This document shows, piece by piece, positions 17,904 to 26,785 of a stretch of DNA of 34,340 nucleotides. Origin of the DNA: Candidatus Nanohaloarchaea archaeon (GTDB taxonomy: Archaea; Nanohalarchaeota; Nanosalinia; Nanosalinales; Nanosalinaceae); the NCBI GenBank assembly GCA_047617745.1, contig JBLGBN010000007.1, forward strand, positions 1-34,340. Reading direction: 5' to 3'. The notes under the pieces were generated by a model. The model saw only the letters and a list, made by a program, of their open reading frames with translations. It was not told where the DNA came from and made no database searches. The first letter of the stretch is position 1; every line of letters begins with the position of its first letter. The translations under genes and the position numbers were made by a program.

Positions 17904-19344
17904 TCGTTACGTCTTCCTGATCTTCGGGAGGAGTTGAATCTGCTTTAACCCTCAGCTCATGTATTTTCTCCTGGTTGTCAAGGACATGTTCGGCTAGATT
18001 ATCAATTTTTTCCTCAAGCGATTTCAGCTCTGTCTTAAACTTGGGGGAGCTATCAGTTGAAGTTTCAGTTTCTCCCTCTTTAATCATATCCTTGAGCTGT
18101 TTAACTTCTGATCTAAGTTTCTGGACCTCTTCACGGCTTCCTTTTTTCTTCTCTTTCCTGATCTCCTCTTCAAGTTCGGAGATATAGCTCTGATTATCGG
18201 TTACCGCCTGAGATATATCGTTAACCTGCTTTCTGATCTGTTGGTTCTCCTCAGTGCCGTCAAGAGCGGTTTCCTCTACTAGCTGTTTAAGCTCCTCGAT
18301 TTTATCTTCGGATGCCTTTTCCTGTATATTTTCTTCAAGCTCCTTGATTTTCTTTCTCGCGTCCTCTAATTTGGATTCTGAGGTTGCCTCATTCTCTATC
18401 TCCCGCAGTTCAGAATCAAGCTCAGACAGATGCTCCTGATTATCGGTTATAAGATCCATAACTGTCTCGATTCTCTTTTCTAGTTCCTGGTGAGAGCTCC
18501 TGAATTCTTCTATCTCTTCCTTCTGTACTAGTTCCTCTACTTTTTGAATCCTTCTTTCTCCCTCGTGAACTGCTCTCTTTATCTCAGAGTCAAGTTCATC
18601 AATTTTCTGCTCGGCTTCTTCTCTATCTATTTTCTTGTTTTCCAGCGAATTCAGTTTGGACTTCATCGATTTTATATCGAACTCCAGGGAAGAAATGTCG
18701 GGATGCTCGTCTTCGACTACTATAGGTTGTTCGCCTTCTAGGTTGCGTAACTTTTCTTTCTCCTTCTCAAGCTTTCTCAGCCTTTTTTCTATCTCCCTGA
18801 GTTTGCTGCTGTCTACTTCAGCAGAAGAGCCATCTGCACCGAGCTGACTGATTTCCTTCTTTATGTTTTTCAGCTCTCTGTAGTTTGATTTAACCGCTTT
18901 CCGGTACTTTTCGGGCATACCACCTGATGGAGTTTCTCCGTTCTGTTGTGTGTTTTCGAGTCTTTCCTCAAGCTTCTCCAGTCTCTGCTCCAGCTGTGTC
19001 TTCTGTTCTGGGTTCTGTGGGTTTCCAGTTTCTTCTCTTATCTCTTTGATCTGCTGATAGAGGTACTCCAGTTTCTCATGGACTTTTCCTTCCTGGTACT
19101 CGTCTTTTATCTGTTCGACCATGTTGAGGCGTTTCTCAAGCTCCTCTTGATCCATGTGGTTTAGCATTTCCTCTACTTCCTGGACCTCTTCCTCTAGAGA
19201 AAGCGATTCGAGTTCAGCCATCATATCCTTATCTTCCAGATCGCTGACTCTCTGCTCAAGCTCTTTTACTGCGTCTTCAATTCCCTGTAGCTCTTCTTCA
19301 AGCTTCTCTCTGCTGACATCTTCAGAAACTCCTTCTGTCATCAA
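17893..19344 (-). CDS. Long acidic coiled-coil protein (483 aa)
   Basis: Heptad-rich, E/K/L-dominated; no Walker motifs or TM; internal repeat of a [TL]DNQ[ES].I.EL unit. Confidence 0.8.
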   Translation of the reverse strand: MMTEGVSEDVSREKLEEELQGIEDAVKELEQRVSDLEDKDMMAELESLSLEEEVQEVEEMLNHMDQEELEKRLNMVEQIKDEYQEGKVHEKLEYLYQQIKEIREETGNPQNPEQKTQLEQRLEKLEERLENTQQNGETPSGGMPEKYRKAVKSNYRELKNIKKEISQLGADGSSAEVDSSKLREIEKRLRKLEKEKEKLRNLEGEQPIVVEDEHPDISSLEFDIKSMKSKLNSLENKKIDREEAEQKIDELDSEIKRAVHEGERRIQKVEELVQKEEIEEFRSSHQELEKRIETVMDLITDNQEHLSELDSELREIENEATSESKLEDARKKIKELEENIQEKASEDKIEELKQLVEETALDGTEENQQIRKQVNDISQAVTDNQSYISELEEEIRKEKKKGSREEVQKLRSEVKQLKDMIKEGETETSTDSSPKFKTELKSLEEKIDNLAEHVLDNQEKIHELRVKADSTPPEDQEDVTIIS

Positions 19345-19400
19345 GTCCTATTTGTTAGAGTTGGAATAAAAAATAGAGGGTAAAAATGTAGGTAGTTCGC

Positions 19401-19835
19401 TCACTCGGCTTCCCAAGATGCTGCAGGTGCGCCCTGACAGTCTGTAGGCTGAATCTGTACTTCAGTTACATCACTACTGCCTGGGTTTCCTAGAGTTGCT
19501 ATTCCTCTTGATTCATTTTCTTTTATCCAGTTTCCATAGTCGTTAGTCTGGTTCTGCTGGGCACTTCCAGATTCGTAGTAGAATGTAGCAGTCAAATTGC
19601 CAATTCCTTCTGTTCCTCCGGTTTGCTGGATCACCACTGTATCCCCGCCGTCGTTACTGCTTACGTCAAGGGTTCTGTCTGAGCAGTCTTGGATTTCGTT
19701 TGCTCTGTCGGTGGTGTCTCCCTGTGCATCTTCCATCAGCTGTGGAGCCCATTGAGCGAAGATCGATGCTACAGCCATAGTGAATGCTATGAGAAGTACT
19801 GCAGCAATTAAAGGTGAGATACCTTTTCTCTTCAT
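19401..19835 (-). CDS. Archaeal pilin with archaellin-like N-terminus (PibD/FlaK-type class III signal)
   Basis: MKRKG|ISPLIAAVLLIAFTMAVA; two Cys; TTTAAATA upstream (~19859-19866) and T-tract downstream (~19368-19373). Confidence 0.88.
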   Translation of the reverse strand: MKRKGISPLIAAVLLIAFTMAVASIFAQWAPQLMEDAQGDTTDRANEIQDCSDRTLDVSSNDGGDTVVIQQTGGTEGIGNLTATFYYESGSAQQNQTNDYGNWIKENESRGIATLGNPGSSDVTEVQIQPTDCQGAPAASWEAE

Positions 19836-19870
19836 AGCTAAACATTTCCATCCCTGTTATTTAAAGATTC

Positions 19871-20440
19871 CTAGATTTCCGGATTGCTTCGGGTTTTCAG
19901 CCATATATACCACGCTAGAAGCACCAGAAACGTCATTCCCCACCTCCACAGAAAGGTGTGTATAATTTCAAAGGAAATTATCCCGGCCTCGCTGAGCCAG
20001 ATGGTGCTAACTACTCTTATGAGGTTTGCAGCCAGTAGTAAAACTGTTCCGGCTACAAGAGTTCTGCTGTGGTCAAGAAGATTTTTTGTAGAGGCGAAAA
20101 TTAGGCCTATAAACGCCGAAACTGATTTCCAGCCAAGGCAGTCTCTTGTGACTAGATAGCTACCGCGCTCACCAAGTATTAACGCATCTCTTAAGCTGTA
20201 GTTGCCGCCTAGAAGATTCAGTATATCAATCGTGATTTCCGCTAGATACTCCTGCAGAAAGTATGTATCAGGGTTCAGAAATATTATGGCTCTGAAAACA
20301 AGGCCAGCAATGAACAGTTTGGCGACAAACGGCATTAGGCGGTGAAGCCGCGGATATTTTTCAGCGGATTCCTTGTAACCTTTCTCAACCTCCTTTCTGA
20401 GTTCCTGTATCCTCGACTTCGCTTTACCTTTTAAGCCCAT
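19871..20440 (-). CDS. Archaeosortase/exosortase family protein
   Basis: Catalytic triad pattern Cys (VTRDCLG), Arg (NLIRV) and His (IIHTF) in a polytopic membrane protein. Confidence 0.85.
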   Translation of the reverse strand: MGLKGKAKSRIQELRKEVEKGYKESAEKYPRLHRLMPFVAKLFIAGLVFRAIIFLNPDTYFLQEYLAEITIDILNLLGGNYSLRDALILGERGSYLVTRDCLGWKSVSAFIGLIFASTKNLLDHSRTLVAGTVLLLAANLIRVVSTIWLSEAGIISFEIIHTFLWRWGMTFLVLLAWYIWLKTRSNPEI

Positions 20441-20442
20441 AA

Positions 20443-20871
20443 TTACACGTTGAGAAGGTGCTTCTTTGCAATTTCCAGTTTTTCATTTCCCGGTTTACCT
20501 GAACGTTTGTTGATCTTCCTTATCTGTTTGCTCAGTCTTTTGTAGGCGTGCAGGGCGGAGGCGTATGCATCTTTCTCGTGTGAGTTGTCACCCTCTCCAA
20601 GCTGTTCTTTTCTCTGCTGGGAAAGGTTGTTTTCCGGTGTGAACTTCATAGCTCCGACAGAGCTTGCGATCTTGTCAACGGTGGAAGGTATCTCGGCTCT
20701 GTCAGTTGCGACAACTACCGGGTATCCGTTTTCGACAATCTCCCTTATTATCTCGTGGTGTGAGAACTCTTTACGGCTGACTAGAAACTCGAGTTCGCCT
20801 TTTAGATCCAGCGCTGCGACTGCAGAGGTGTTTCCAGGGTCTATACCTATTATCAGCGGTTCTTCATTCAT
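20443..20871 (-). CDS. Short DUF460/COG2433-like RNase H-fold protein
   Basis: IIGIDPGNTSAVAALDLKG, PVVVATD, HEKDAYASA. Confidence 0.75.
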   Translation of the reverse strand: MNEEPLIIGIDPGNTSAVAALDLKGELEFLVSRKEFSHHEIIREIVENGYPVVVATDRAEIPSTVDKIASSVGAMKFTPENNLSQQRKEQLGEGDNSHEKDAYASALHAYKRLSKQIRKINKRSGKPGNEKLEIAKKHLLNV

Positions 20872-23032
20872 TGTAGTTTGCTTCTATTATCGACCTTATT
20901 TTCCCGGCTTTTTTGTCGCCGATCCCATGCACCTGCTTTAATTCTTCCTCACTGGCGGTGAAAACTTTTTCGATTGAACCAAACTCCTCCAGTAGTCTTT
21001 CCGCTATCTTCTTATTTACATCGGGTAAACCGGCGGTTACGAACTTCTGCAGTTCTTTCTCGGTTTTCCCGCTCCTGTTACCTCTGACTGCTATATTCCT
21101 GTCCTCTTCTTCCTGTTCTCTCTTCGCCAGCGCGGCTAGTGTCTCTGCTGTATCTTTCTCATCCTCTGTCCAGAGGATCGGTATCTGGTGGTCCATGCTG
21201 ATGGAGGCAAGCGCTCCACGGATCGCGTTGGGATGTATGTCTCTGTGAGTGTACAGGTTTTCTCCCTCAATCATCAGTATCGGCCGGTCAAACTGGTGGA
21301 GATCGGTCAGCTGGGAGAAAAGCCGATTGTCAACAATCGAGTCTACAAAGTCGGAGGCCTGCTTGCGCTCTATAGCAGCCCTGTCTGATACTAGGAAATC
21401 GGCGATGTCCAGTCTCTCCTGTTCGACTGTCAGATCCATTTTAGATAGTTTTTTCGATATTGAGGTCTCTCTGTCATCTGCGATTACCTCTATATTCTCT
21501 TCTTCGCTTTCTTCCTCTTCTTTTTTCTTACTTCTGTATCCGTCAAGTGTTTTCTGGGCTTTCTCCCGTGTATCATCCTTCAGTTCCTGGAGCACCGAGT
21601 TCATCTTCTTCTTTTTGTGGTGCGCAGACCAGTAGTTTCCTTCGTCCCGTGTGTTTTCCGCAATCAGGACGAATACTTTACCGGATTCCTGCCTGCCGGT
21701 TCGCCCCGCTCTCTGTATATCCCGGATCTCGGAGGCGACCGGTTCGTAGAAAACAACATAGTCGACTGCTGGTATATCGAGTCCTTCCTCACCGATGCTT
21801 GTGGATACTATCACATCGTACTCTCCGTCCTCGAACTCCTCGAGAACTTCTGCCTGATCTTTCTGTGTCATACCTTTCTCTCCCTGCTGGCCTATGAAGT
21901 TGGTGGCATTGAGTCCTTCCGTTCTGAGCTCTTCGGCTATCTTCTCGGTTGTATCCCGGTACTCGGTGAAAACTATCGCTTTCTCATCCTCGATGTCTCC
22001 GAGTATATCTCTCAGCTTGTCGATCTTTGGGTGCTCCTTTCCTTTTTTCTTCAGGTACTCGACCAGATTTTTGCCTCTCTGGAAATCGTCATGGTTCAGC
22101 GCTTTCTGTGCAGCTTTCGAATCATCGTTTTTCAGTCCCTGTATGTAGCTGTAGCACTGTGAAACCCCTTGTGTCTCCAGCAGCTCGATTGCCTGACTTA
22201 TCTTCAAAGCTGCGGCAACATGTGAGATTGAACGGTAAAGTTTTGGATCATCAGTTGAGCTTAATTTGGAGCTTATCTGACCTCTCAGCTTCAGTAGATC
22301 GCCCTTGTATACGTTGCTTGTCGAATCCAGCTGACCGTTTTTCTTGAGTTTCTCCAGCTGTTCCTGATAGGCTTTCTCCAGGTTCTTTTTCGCCTCCTCG
22401 AAGCTGTCGTCGAGCGAGACTCTCATCCAGTTGACTTCCTTCTCCTCAATATATGGCTCTACATCTGGATCATCTTCGGTTCTGACTTCGTAGTTGTGTA
22501 TATTCAGATTTTCGGCTACCTCGTCGATTTTCTCTTTTGTGCCTCCTGGTGACGCGGTTAAAGCCAGTTTGTGAGTGTTCGGCATTTTCTCGCTGATAAA
22601 TACGTAGCTGTAGTCTCCGGTTGCGCGGTGCGCCTCGTCAAAAATCACCAGCGAGAAATCCTCTACAGGAACCTGGTTGGATATAAGATCGTTTTCAACC
22701 ACCTGTGGGGTTCCGAAGAACATTTTCTTCTCCCTCCAGAGCTTGTACCTCTTGTCAGGCCGAGTATCCCCGGTCATTAATGCGGTTTCATCCTCTTCGA
22801 TCTCAATGAAGTCGAGAAATGTTGAGACATGCTGTTCTGCTAACGGTTTTGTGGGAGCGAGGAACATTATTTTTCCTTCCTCTGCTTTCTGTGCAGCCAC
22901 CATCGCTGCGATCACAGTCTTTCCCAGCCCGGTGGGGAGTACTACCAATGTATTGCTGTTTATGGCTGATGCTGCTATGACTTCTTGGTATGTTCTTGAT
23001 TCTATTTTTTCAGATTTCAGGAGCTGAGGCAT
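20864..23032 (-). CDS. hef: Hef helicase/nuclease (FANCM-like SF2 helicase + ERCC4 nuclease + HhH)
   Basis: LPTGLGKT, FDEAH, LTASPG, STSIGEEGLDIP, QRAGRTGR; nuclease DDRE and IERKQASDF; HGIGDKKA HhH. Confidence 0.95.
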   Translation of the reverse strand: MPQLLKSEKIESRTYQEVIAASAINSNTLVVLPTGLGKTVIAAMVAAQKAEEGKIMFLAPTKPLAEQHVSTFLDFIEIEEDETALMTGDTRPDKRYKLWREKKMFFGTPQVVENDLISNQVPVEDFSLVIFDEAHRATGDYSYVFISEKMPNTHKLALTASPGGTKEKIDEVAENLNIHNYEVRTEDDPDVEPYIEEKEVNWMRVSLDDSFEEAKKNLEKAYQEQLEKLKKNGQLDSTSNVYKGDLLKLRGQISSKLSSTDDPKLYRSISHVAAALKISQAIELLETQGVSQCYSYIQGLKNDDSKAAQKALNHDDFQRGKNLVEYLKKKGKEHPKIDKLRDILGDIEDEKAIVFTEYRDTTEKIAEELRTEGLNATNFIGQQGEKGMTQKDQAEVLEEFEDGEYDVIVSTSIGEEGLDIPAVDYVVFYEPVASEIRDIQRAGRTGRQESGKVFVLIAENTRDEGNYWSAHHKKKKMNSVLQELKDDTREKAQKTLDGYRSKKKEEEESEEENIEVIADDRETSISKKLSKMDLTVEQERLDIADFLVSDRAAIERKQASDFVDSIVDNRLFSQLTDLHQFDRPILMIEGENLYTHRDIHPNAIRGALASISMDHQIPILWTEDEKDTAETLAALAKREQEEEDRNIAVRGNRSGKTEKELQKFVTAGLPDVNKKIAERLLEEFGSIEKVFTASEEELKQVHGIGDKKAGKIRSIIEANYNE

Positions 23033-23068
23033 GGAAAAAACTTGATCTGTGAACTTGATAAATCTGAT

Positions 23069-23608
23069 CTATCTCGATAAACCATTCATCCCGAAGCCGC
23101 CTTCTGCCGGTCTTTCAAATCCCTGTATCAGCTTGAAACCCATATTTACTGCTATGAAAAATACTGCTGCTGCCTTCATCCCTGTCTCGGTGAAAGCTAG
23201 ATCGGTTTTAACCATAACTACGAGTATATAAGCCAGCGAGTAGACCAGGCCAGCTGATGATACAGTGTAGGCGATAGCAGGAGGCCATCTATGGTAGAAA
23301 TCCATGTAGGTTACGAAGGCCCCTGCAGCCATGAAACTGTAGACAGCCTGTCTTTCGATCATTGATAGATCGACGGTTATAAGCAGGTTGAGGCTGATAA
23401 CTGACCATATAACTGCGTTTCCGACTGAAGTGTTCCAGCCCAGCTGCTCGTCAGGGTGTTTTCCGAAGTAGAGTTCTATTATTATCGCGCCGACTATAAG
23501 AGGGAGAACTGTAGGAATTATTTCCGGATAGTTTAAAGGAGCAAGGAATAAATGTTCTACGCTCTGTTGCAGCGTGTATTCACTCGTCAAATGCATCCGG
23601 TGTTCCAC
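23069..23608 (-). CDS. Polytopic membrane protein, unknown function (start uncertain)
   Basis: About five hydrophobic segments; overlaps the 3' end of the HerA-like ATPase gene. Confidence 0.7.
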   Translation of the reverse strand: MEHRMHLTSEYTLQQSVEHLFLAPLNYPEIIPTVLPLIVGAIIIELYFGKHPDEQLGWNTSVGNAVIWSVISLNLLITVDLSMIERQAVYSFMAAGAFVTYMDFYHRWPPAIAYTVSSAGLVYSLAYILVVMVKTDLAFTETGMKAAAVFFIAVNMGFKLIQGFERPAEGGFGMNGLSR

Positions 23609-24839
23609 CTGCGTGCCATGACTTTCTAGGTCTCATCTGGACAGGGTAGACTCTCTCCGAGTTGTCATCAAGGATCAAGCCTGTACCGGTTCTATCCGGC
23701 AGAGAATCGATATAGTGCTTGAGATCGTACCTCATGTAGGTCTGCATAATTTCTCCCAGGGCGTCGATATCCTGTTTCGCAGTCAGTCTGTGCGATAGAA
23801 CGATGTCGCACTGGGAAAGAGCATCAGGGTGGAGCTTCGCAGGTTGCTGTGTAGCTAGGACCAGTGAAACTCCTGGTTCTCTACCGATCTTAACCCATCT
23901 AAGCAGTGGATCTGAGGCTGGAGTTTTCCCTTCAGCAGGCAGGAATTCGTGGGCCTCGTCTATCATCATCCAGGTTATAGGCATCTCGTTCTCAGCAATG
24001 TTCTGCATCTCATCGATCTCCTCGATCCTCCTGGCGGTCATCCGTTTTCTGAGTATTCTTTTCGCCATCAGCCCGACAATTAATGACCTTACTGACCATC
24101 CGGAGGCGATCTCTCCAAAAGCTGAAACATCTACAATGGATAGTTCTCCTCGTTCAGTGAATTTCTCCAGTGAGGATTCTTCGCCGAAGACACCCCATTC
24201 CTGAGCTGTCATGAAACGGTTAACTAAACCTTCTTCGGTATCTTTAGGGAAGTCAAAGCTTCTTATAGCGTCTATAATATTATCGATAGAGTAGTCGTCC
24301 GTATTTTCATTTAGCTTTGAGATAACCCGCTCCAGTAAAATTCCCTGCTTCGAGTTCATCTCGATATCGAAAGCCATTGCCCATTCCTGAGCTGTGAAAT
24401 CGGCAGGGTTAAGTGTGAAAGTATCGTCGTACGGCATCTCCTGGCTTTCAAACTCATCAACCTTTCCTTTTGGAATGTACACGTTTGCGTCGAAACCTTT
24501 CGGCTTCATATCCCAGCTCTCAAGCATTGTAGTTGCGCGATCGTTTGGCCGGGCCATCGACCAGTAGATCCCCATTGAGTCGATTATAATTGTGGAAAGG
24601 TTCTGTGAAAGATCCGAATCCTGGATTTCCTCGGCGATGGTACCCATAGAATAGCTTTTACCGGTTCCTCTCTTACCGAACAGCCCCATTACGTGTGGCC
24701 GCGCCAGATCGAAATGTATCGGGTTGGCTTTGTGCGCCTCCTCTTTTTCCCCGACCAGATGCTTTCCGATGACTCCTGTACCTTTCAGGCCGTGTTTATC
24801 TCTGTCTTCGTCATCCCGGCCGACACTTATCTTTGGCAT
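23580..24839 (-). CDS. HerA/FtsK-superfamily ATPase (DUF87/COG0433-like)
   Basis: Walker A GKRGTGKS, Walker B MMIDEAH, Arg finger GREPG, LATQQP; the ATPase core starts near the N-terminus. Confidence 0.9.
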   Translation of the reverse strand: MPKISVGRDDEDRDKHGLKGTGVIGKHLVGEKEEAHKANPIHFDLARPHVMGLFGKRGTGKSYSMGTIAEEIQDSDLSQNLSTIIIDSMGIYWSMARPNDRATTMLESWDMKPKGFDANVYIPKGKVDEFESQEMPYDDTFTLNPADFTAQEWAMAFDIEMNSKQGILLERVISKLNENTDDYSIDNIIDAIRSFDFPKDTEEGLVNRFMTAQEWGVFGEESSLEKFTERGELSIVDVSAFGEIASGWSVRSLIVGLMAKRILRKRMTARRIEEIDEMQNIAENEMPITWMMIDEAHEFLPAEGKTPASDPLLRWVKIGREPGVSLVLATQQPAKLHPDALSQCDIVLSHRLTAKQDIDALGEIMQTYMRYDLKHYIDSLPDRTGTGLILDDNSERVYPVQMRPRKSWHAGGTPDAFDE

Positions 24840-24872
24840 AAATCTGTATGATCGGTGTTCGAATATAAATTG

Positions 24873-25481
24873 TCAGACTGCCAGAAGTGTCAGAATTGCG
24901 GATCCCATGAAGATCAGCCACATGAAGCCGCTCCACCGGATGACTATTGATCCGTCAAGAGGCCCTGTAGGGATATTTGAGTAGTCGAAAGGCAGGAGCT
25001 GGAAGACAAGGAAAAGCGAAATTGCCTCTGAAACAGCCGGCATCTCCAGGTACTGGAAGACCGACCAGAAACTTAGCATGCTTACTACCCCGCCTGATAC
25101 TATCCAGTACTTTCTCTTAATCCACATGGCATCGATCGACTTACCCCAGTGCTCGTAACTCTCCACATCAAAAGTGTTGAAAATTGGGAACAGGAAGATC
25201 AGTGGTAGACTGGTTAAGAAACTCATCATAGCCCCAAATAGAGTTGTCAGAGATCCTTCTGCCGAGAAATTGAACTCGACTTCTGCTTCCATCCAGTGCG
25301 CTATCAGCCTCTGTCCCAGCTCTCTTGTAAGTATAATCACAGTTGAGACTCCTGTGTAGAAGAGCGCTCCGTTGACGGTTAAAGCGTCTTTGAACGCGAT
25401 AAAAGCTACCGCGGTTACAAGCACTGCGCCTGCAAAATTGTTGAGTTCGTCGACTGAAGGTTTGTAAACCGGTCTTGTCAC
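24873..25481 (-). CDS. Site-2 protease (M50)-like membrane protein with degenerate active site
   Basis: TRELGQRLIA in place of HExxH; FQLLP...GPLDG in place of NLLP..PLDG; GTG start. Confidence 0.65.
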   Translation of the reverse strand: MTRPVYKPSVDELNNFAGAVLVTAVAFIAFKDALTVNGALFYTGVSTVIILTRELGQRLIAHWMEAEVEFNFSAEGSLTTLFGAMMSFLTSLPLIFLFPIFNTFDVESYEHWGKSIDAMWIKRKYWIVSGGVVSMLSFWSVFQYLEMPAVSEAISLFLVFQLLPFDYSNIPTGPLDGSIVIRWSGFMWLIFMGSAILTLLAV

Positions 25482-25516
25482 AGAGAAGTTTTCGGTTCAA
25501 CCTCTTTAAATCTGCC

Positions 25517-25996
25517 TCATATCTCCATCTTCTGGCAGATCTCAGCTATTGAATAATCCTCGCTCGATCTCATTATCTCCGGGAACTGGTCAAGTTCGTC
25601 AAGATGTACACCTGTCTCATCACGGACAAAGCGGTCGCGGATGAAGCTCCAGGGCACCATGTATGCCTTTCTTGACCTACCTCTACCCCGTTTTAATTCG
25701 ACTGCAAGGTAGCCCTGTCTTCCTGATCTATCGAGGAAATCCGAGATTCTATCGACCTGGTGCCCGCCATCTGAAACTGAGAAATGCTGCGAGAAGTATA
25801 ATTTATTTGTAGAGTCTACTTTCACCGATTTGTTCTCTATCGCCATATAGAACATATCATGTGGCGAGTCAACCAGTACATCACATAGCTGTGAGGAGAA
25901 CCGGTGCTGTTTCTTCCGGTGTGCGATACCTTCTATCTCCTCTTCTTCAAAAAATCTGTTGAATGCGTTGACCAGTTCTCTCTCAAAGTCTGTCAT
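25517..25996 (-). CDS. PD-(D/E)xK nuclease, resolvase (Hjc/RecU)-like
   Basis: FERE helix, CDVLVDS, MAIENKS, Q..R..DF..RSGR.GYLAVE. Confidence 0.7.
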   Translation of the reverse strand: MTDFERELVNAFNRFFEEEEIEGIAHRKKQHRFSSQLCDVLVDSPHDMFYMAIENKSVKVDSTNKLYFSQHFSVSDGGHQVDRISDFLDRSGRQGYLAVELKRGRGRSRKAYMVPWSFIRDRFVRDETGVHLDELDQFPEIMRSSEDYSIAEICQKMEI

Positions 25997-26030
25997 CTCT
26001 AATTATATTTTGGCATAGCTGAATATAAAT

Positions 26031-26783
26031 TTAGAAGCTGGAAAGCCCTTTCTGATCTGGTTTCTTGATGGTTTTACCCGAACTTATCGCCAGACAGACT
26101 CTGCCGTTTGAAATTATCTGGCCTTTAACCGACTTAAATTCTCCTTCAAATAATCCTTTTCTTGTAAACTTTCCCTCGGGTTTCGGATAAACCGATAGAT
26201 CCTGAACGTCGATTATATCACCTTCAAAGCCGTGTAAGTCCATCTTCTGCCTGAGAAGATCAGAGTTTCGGGCTGCGGGAAGCTTTGATCCCTTTCTTAT
26301 CCGCTCGGTTAAACCGTTCTCTGAGATCTCAGATTCGTTTTCCAGGGCAACTCTTGCCTCCAGGCCATGCAGTACCTCGACTCCATAATCGGCTCCCTGC
26401 TCCACCCATCTCTTCCTGACATTCCCTGTTCTGGTGACTCCTACCTTCACTTTATCCGATATCTGGGCAAGGTAAACTGAGAACTTGCCATCAAGATCGG
26501 TCTGGCTATCTCCTCTAACATAATCTGAGTAAATATCCTTTGCGCGGCATTCAGGGCACTGTGAACCGGACTCGATCTTTCGGAACTCGGGGCAGTTCGC
26601 TCTTTCACCTTTTTCTGGTGCGTAACCGGTACATCTCCTCTTGTCAGTTACTTCGAAAGAAAACTCTCTTCCCGGTGTTAAATTCCATTTCTCGAAGCCT
26701 TCCTGATTGACTGTCATAAGCTCTGCTTTCCAGCCTTCAGGGCTGTTCTTCCATGAGACCTTGACCAGCGAACTTTTCCTCAT
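26031..26783 (-). CDS. DUF2797-like protein
   Basis: RCTG...CPE...QCPEC, VYLA...KVGVTR...RWVEQGA. Confidence 0.75.
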   Translation of the reverse strand: MRKSSLVKVSWKNSPEGWKAELMTVNQEGFEKWNLTPGREFSFEVTDKRRCTGYAPEKGERANCPEFRKIESGSQCPECRAKDIYSDYVRGDSQTDLDGKFSVYLAQISDKVKVGVTRTGNVRKRWVEQGADYGVEVLHGLEARVALENESEISENGLTERIRKGSKLPAARNSDLLRQKMDLHGFEGDIIDVQDLSVYPKPEGKFTRKGLFEGEFKSVKGQIISNGRVCLAISSGKTIKKPDQKGLSSF

Positions 26784-26785
26784 TT

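Noticed and set aside
17893..19344. SMC/Rad50 call for the long coiled coil
   Set aside because: No Walker A/B, signature motif, hinge or CxxC hook.
16326..19369. Many F/S/L-rich plus-strand ORFs opposite the coiled-coil genes
   Set aside because: Antisense shadows of GAA/AAA-rich coding sequence.
14659..19835. Archaellum (ArlI ATPase plus archaellin)
   Set aside because: No ArlF/G/H homologs are visible and there are two short platform genes rather than one ArlJ; this fits a pilus.
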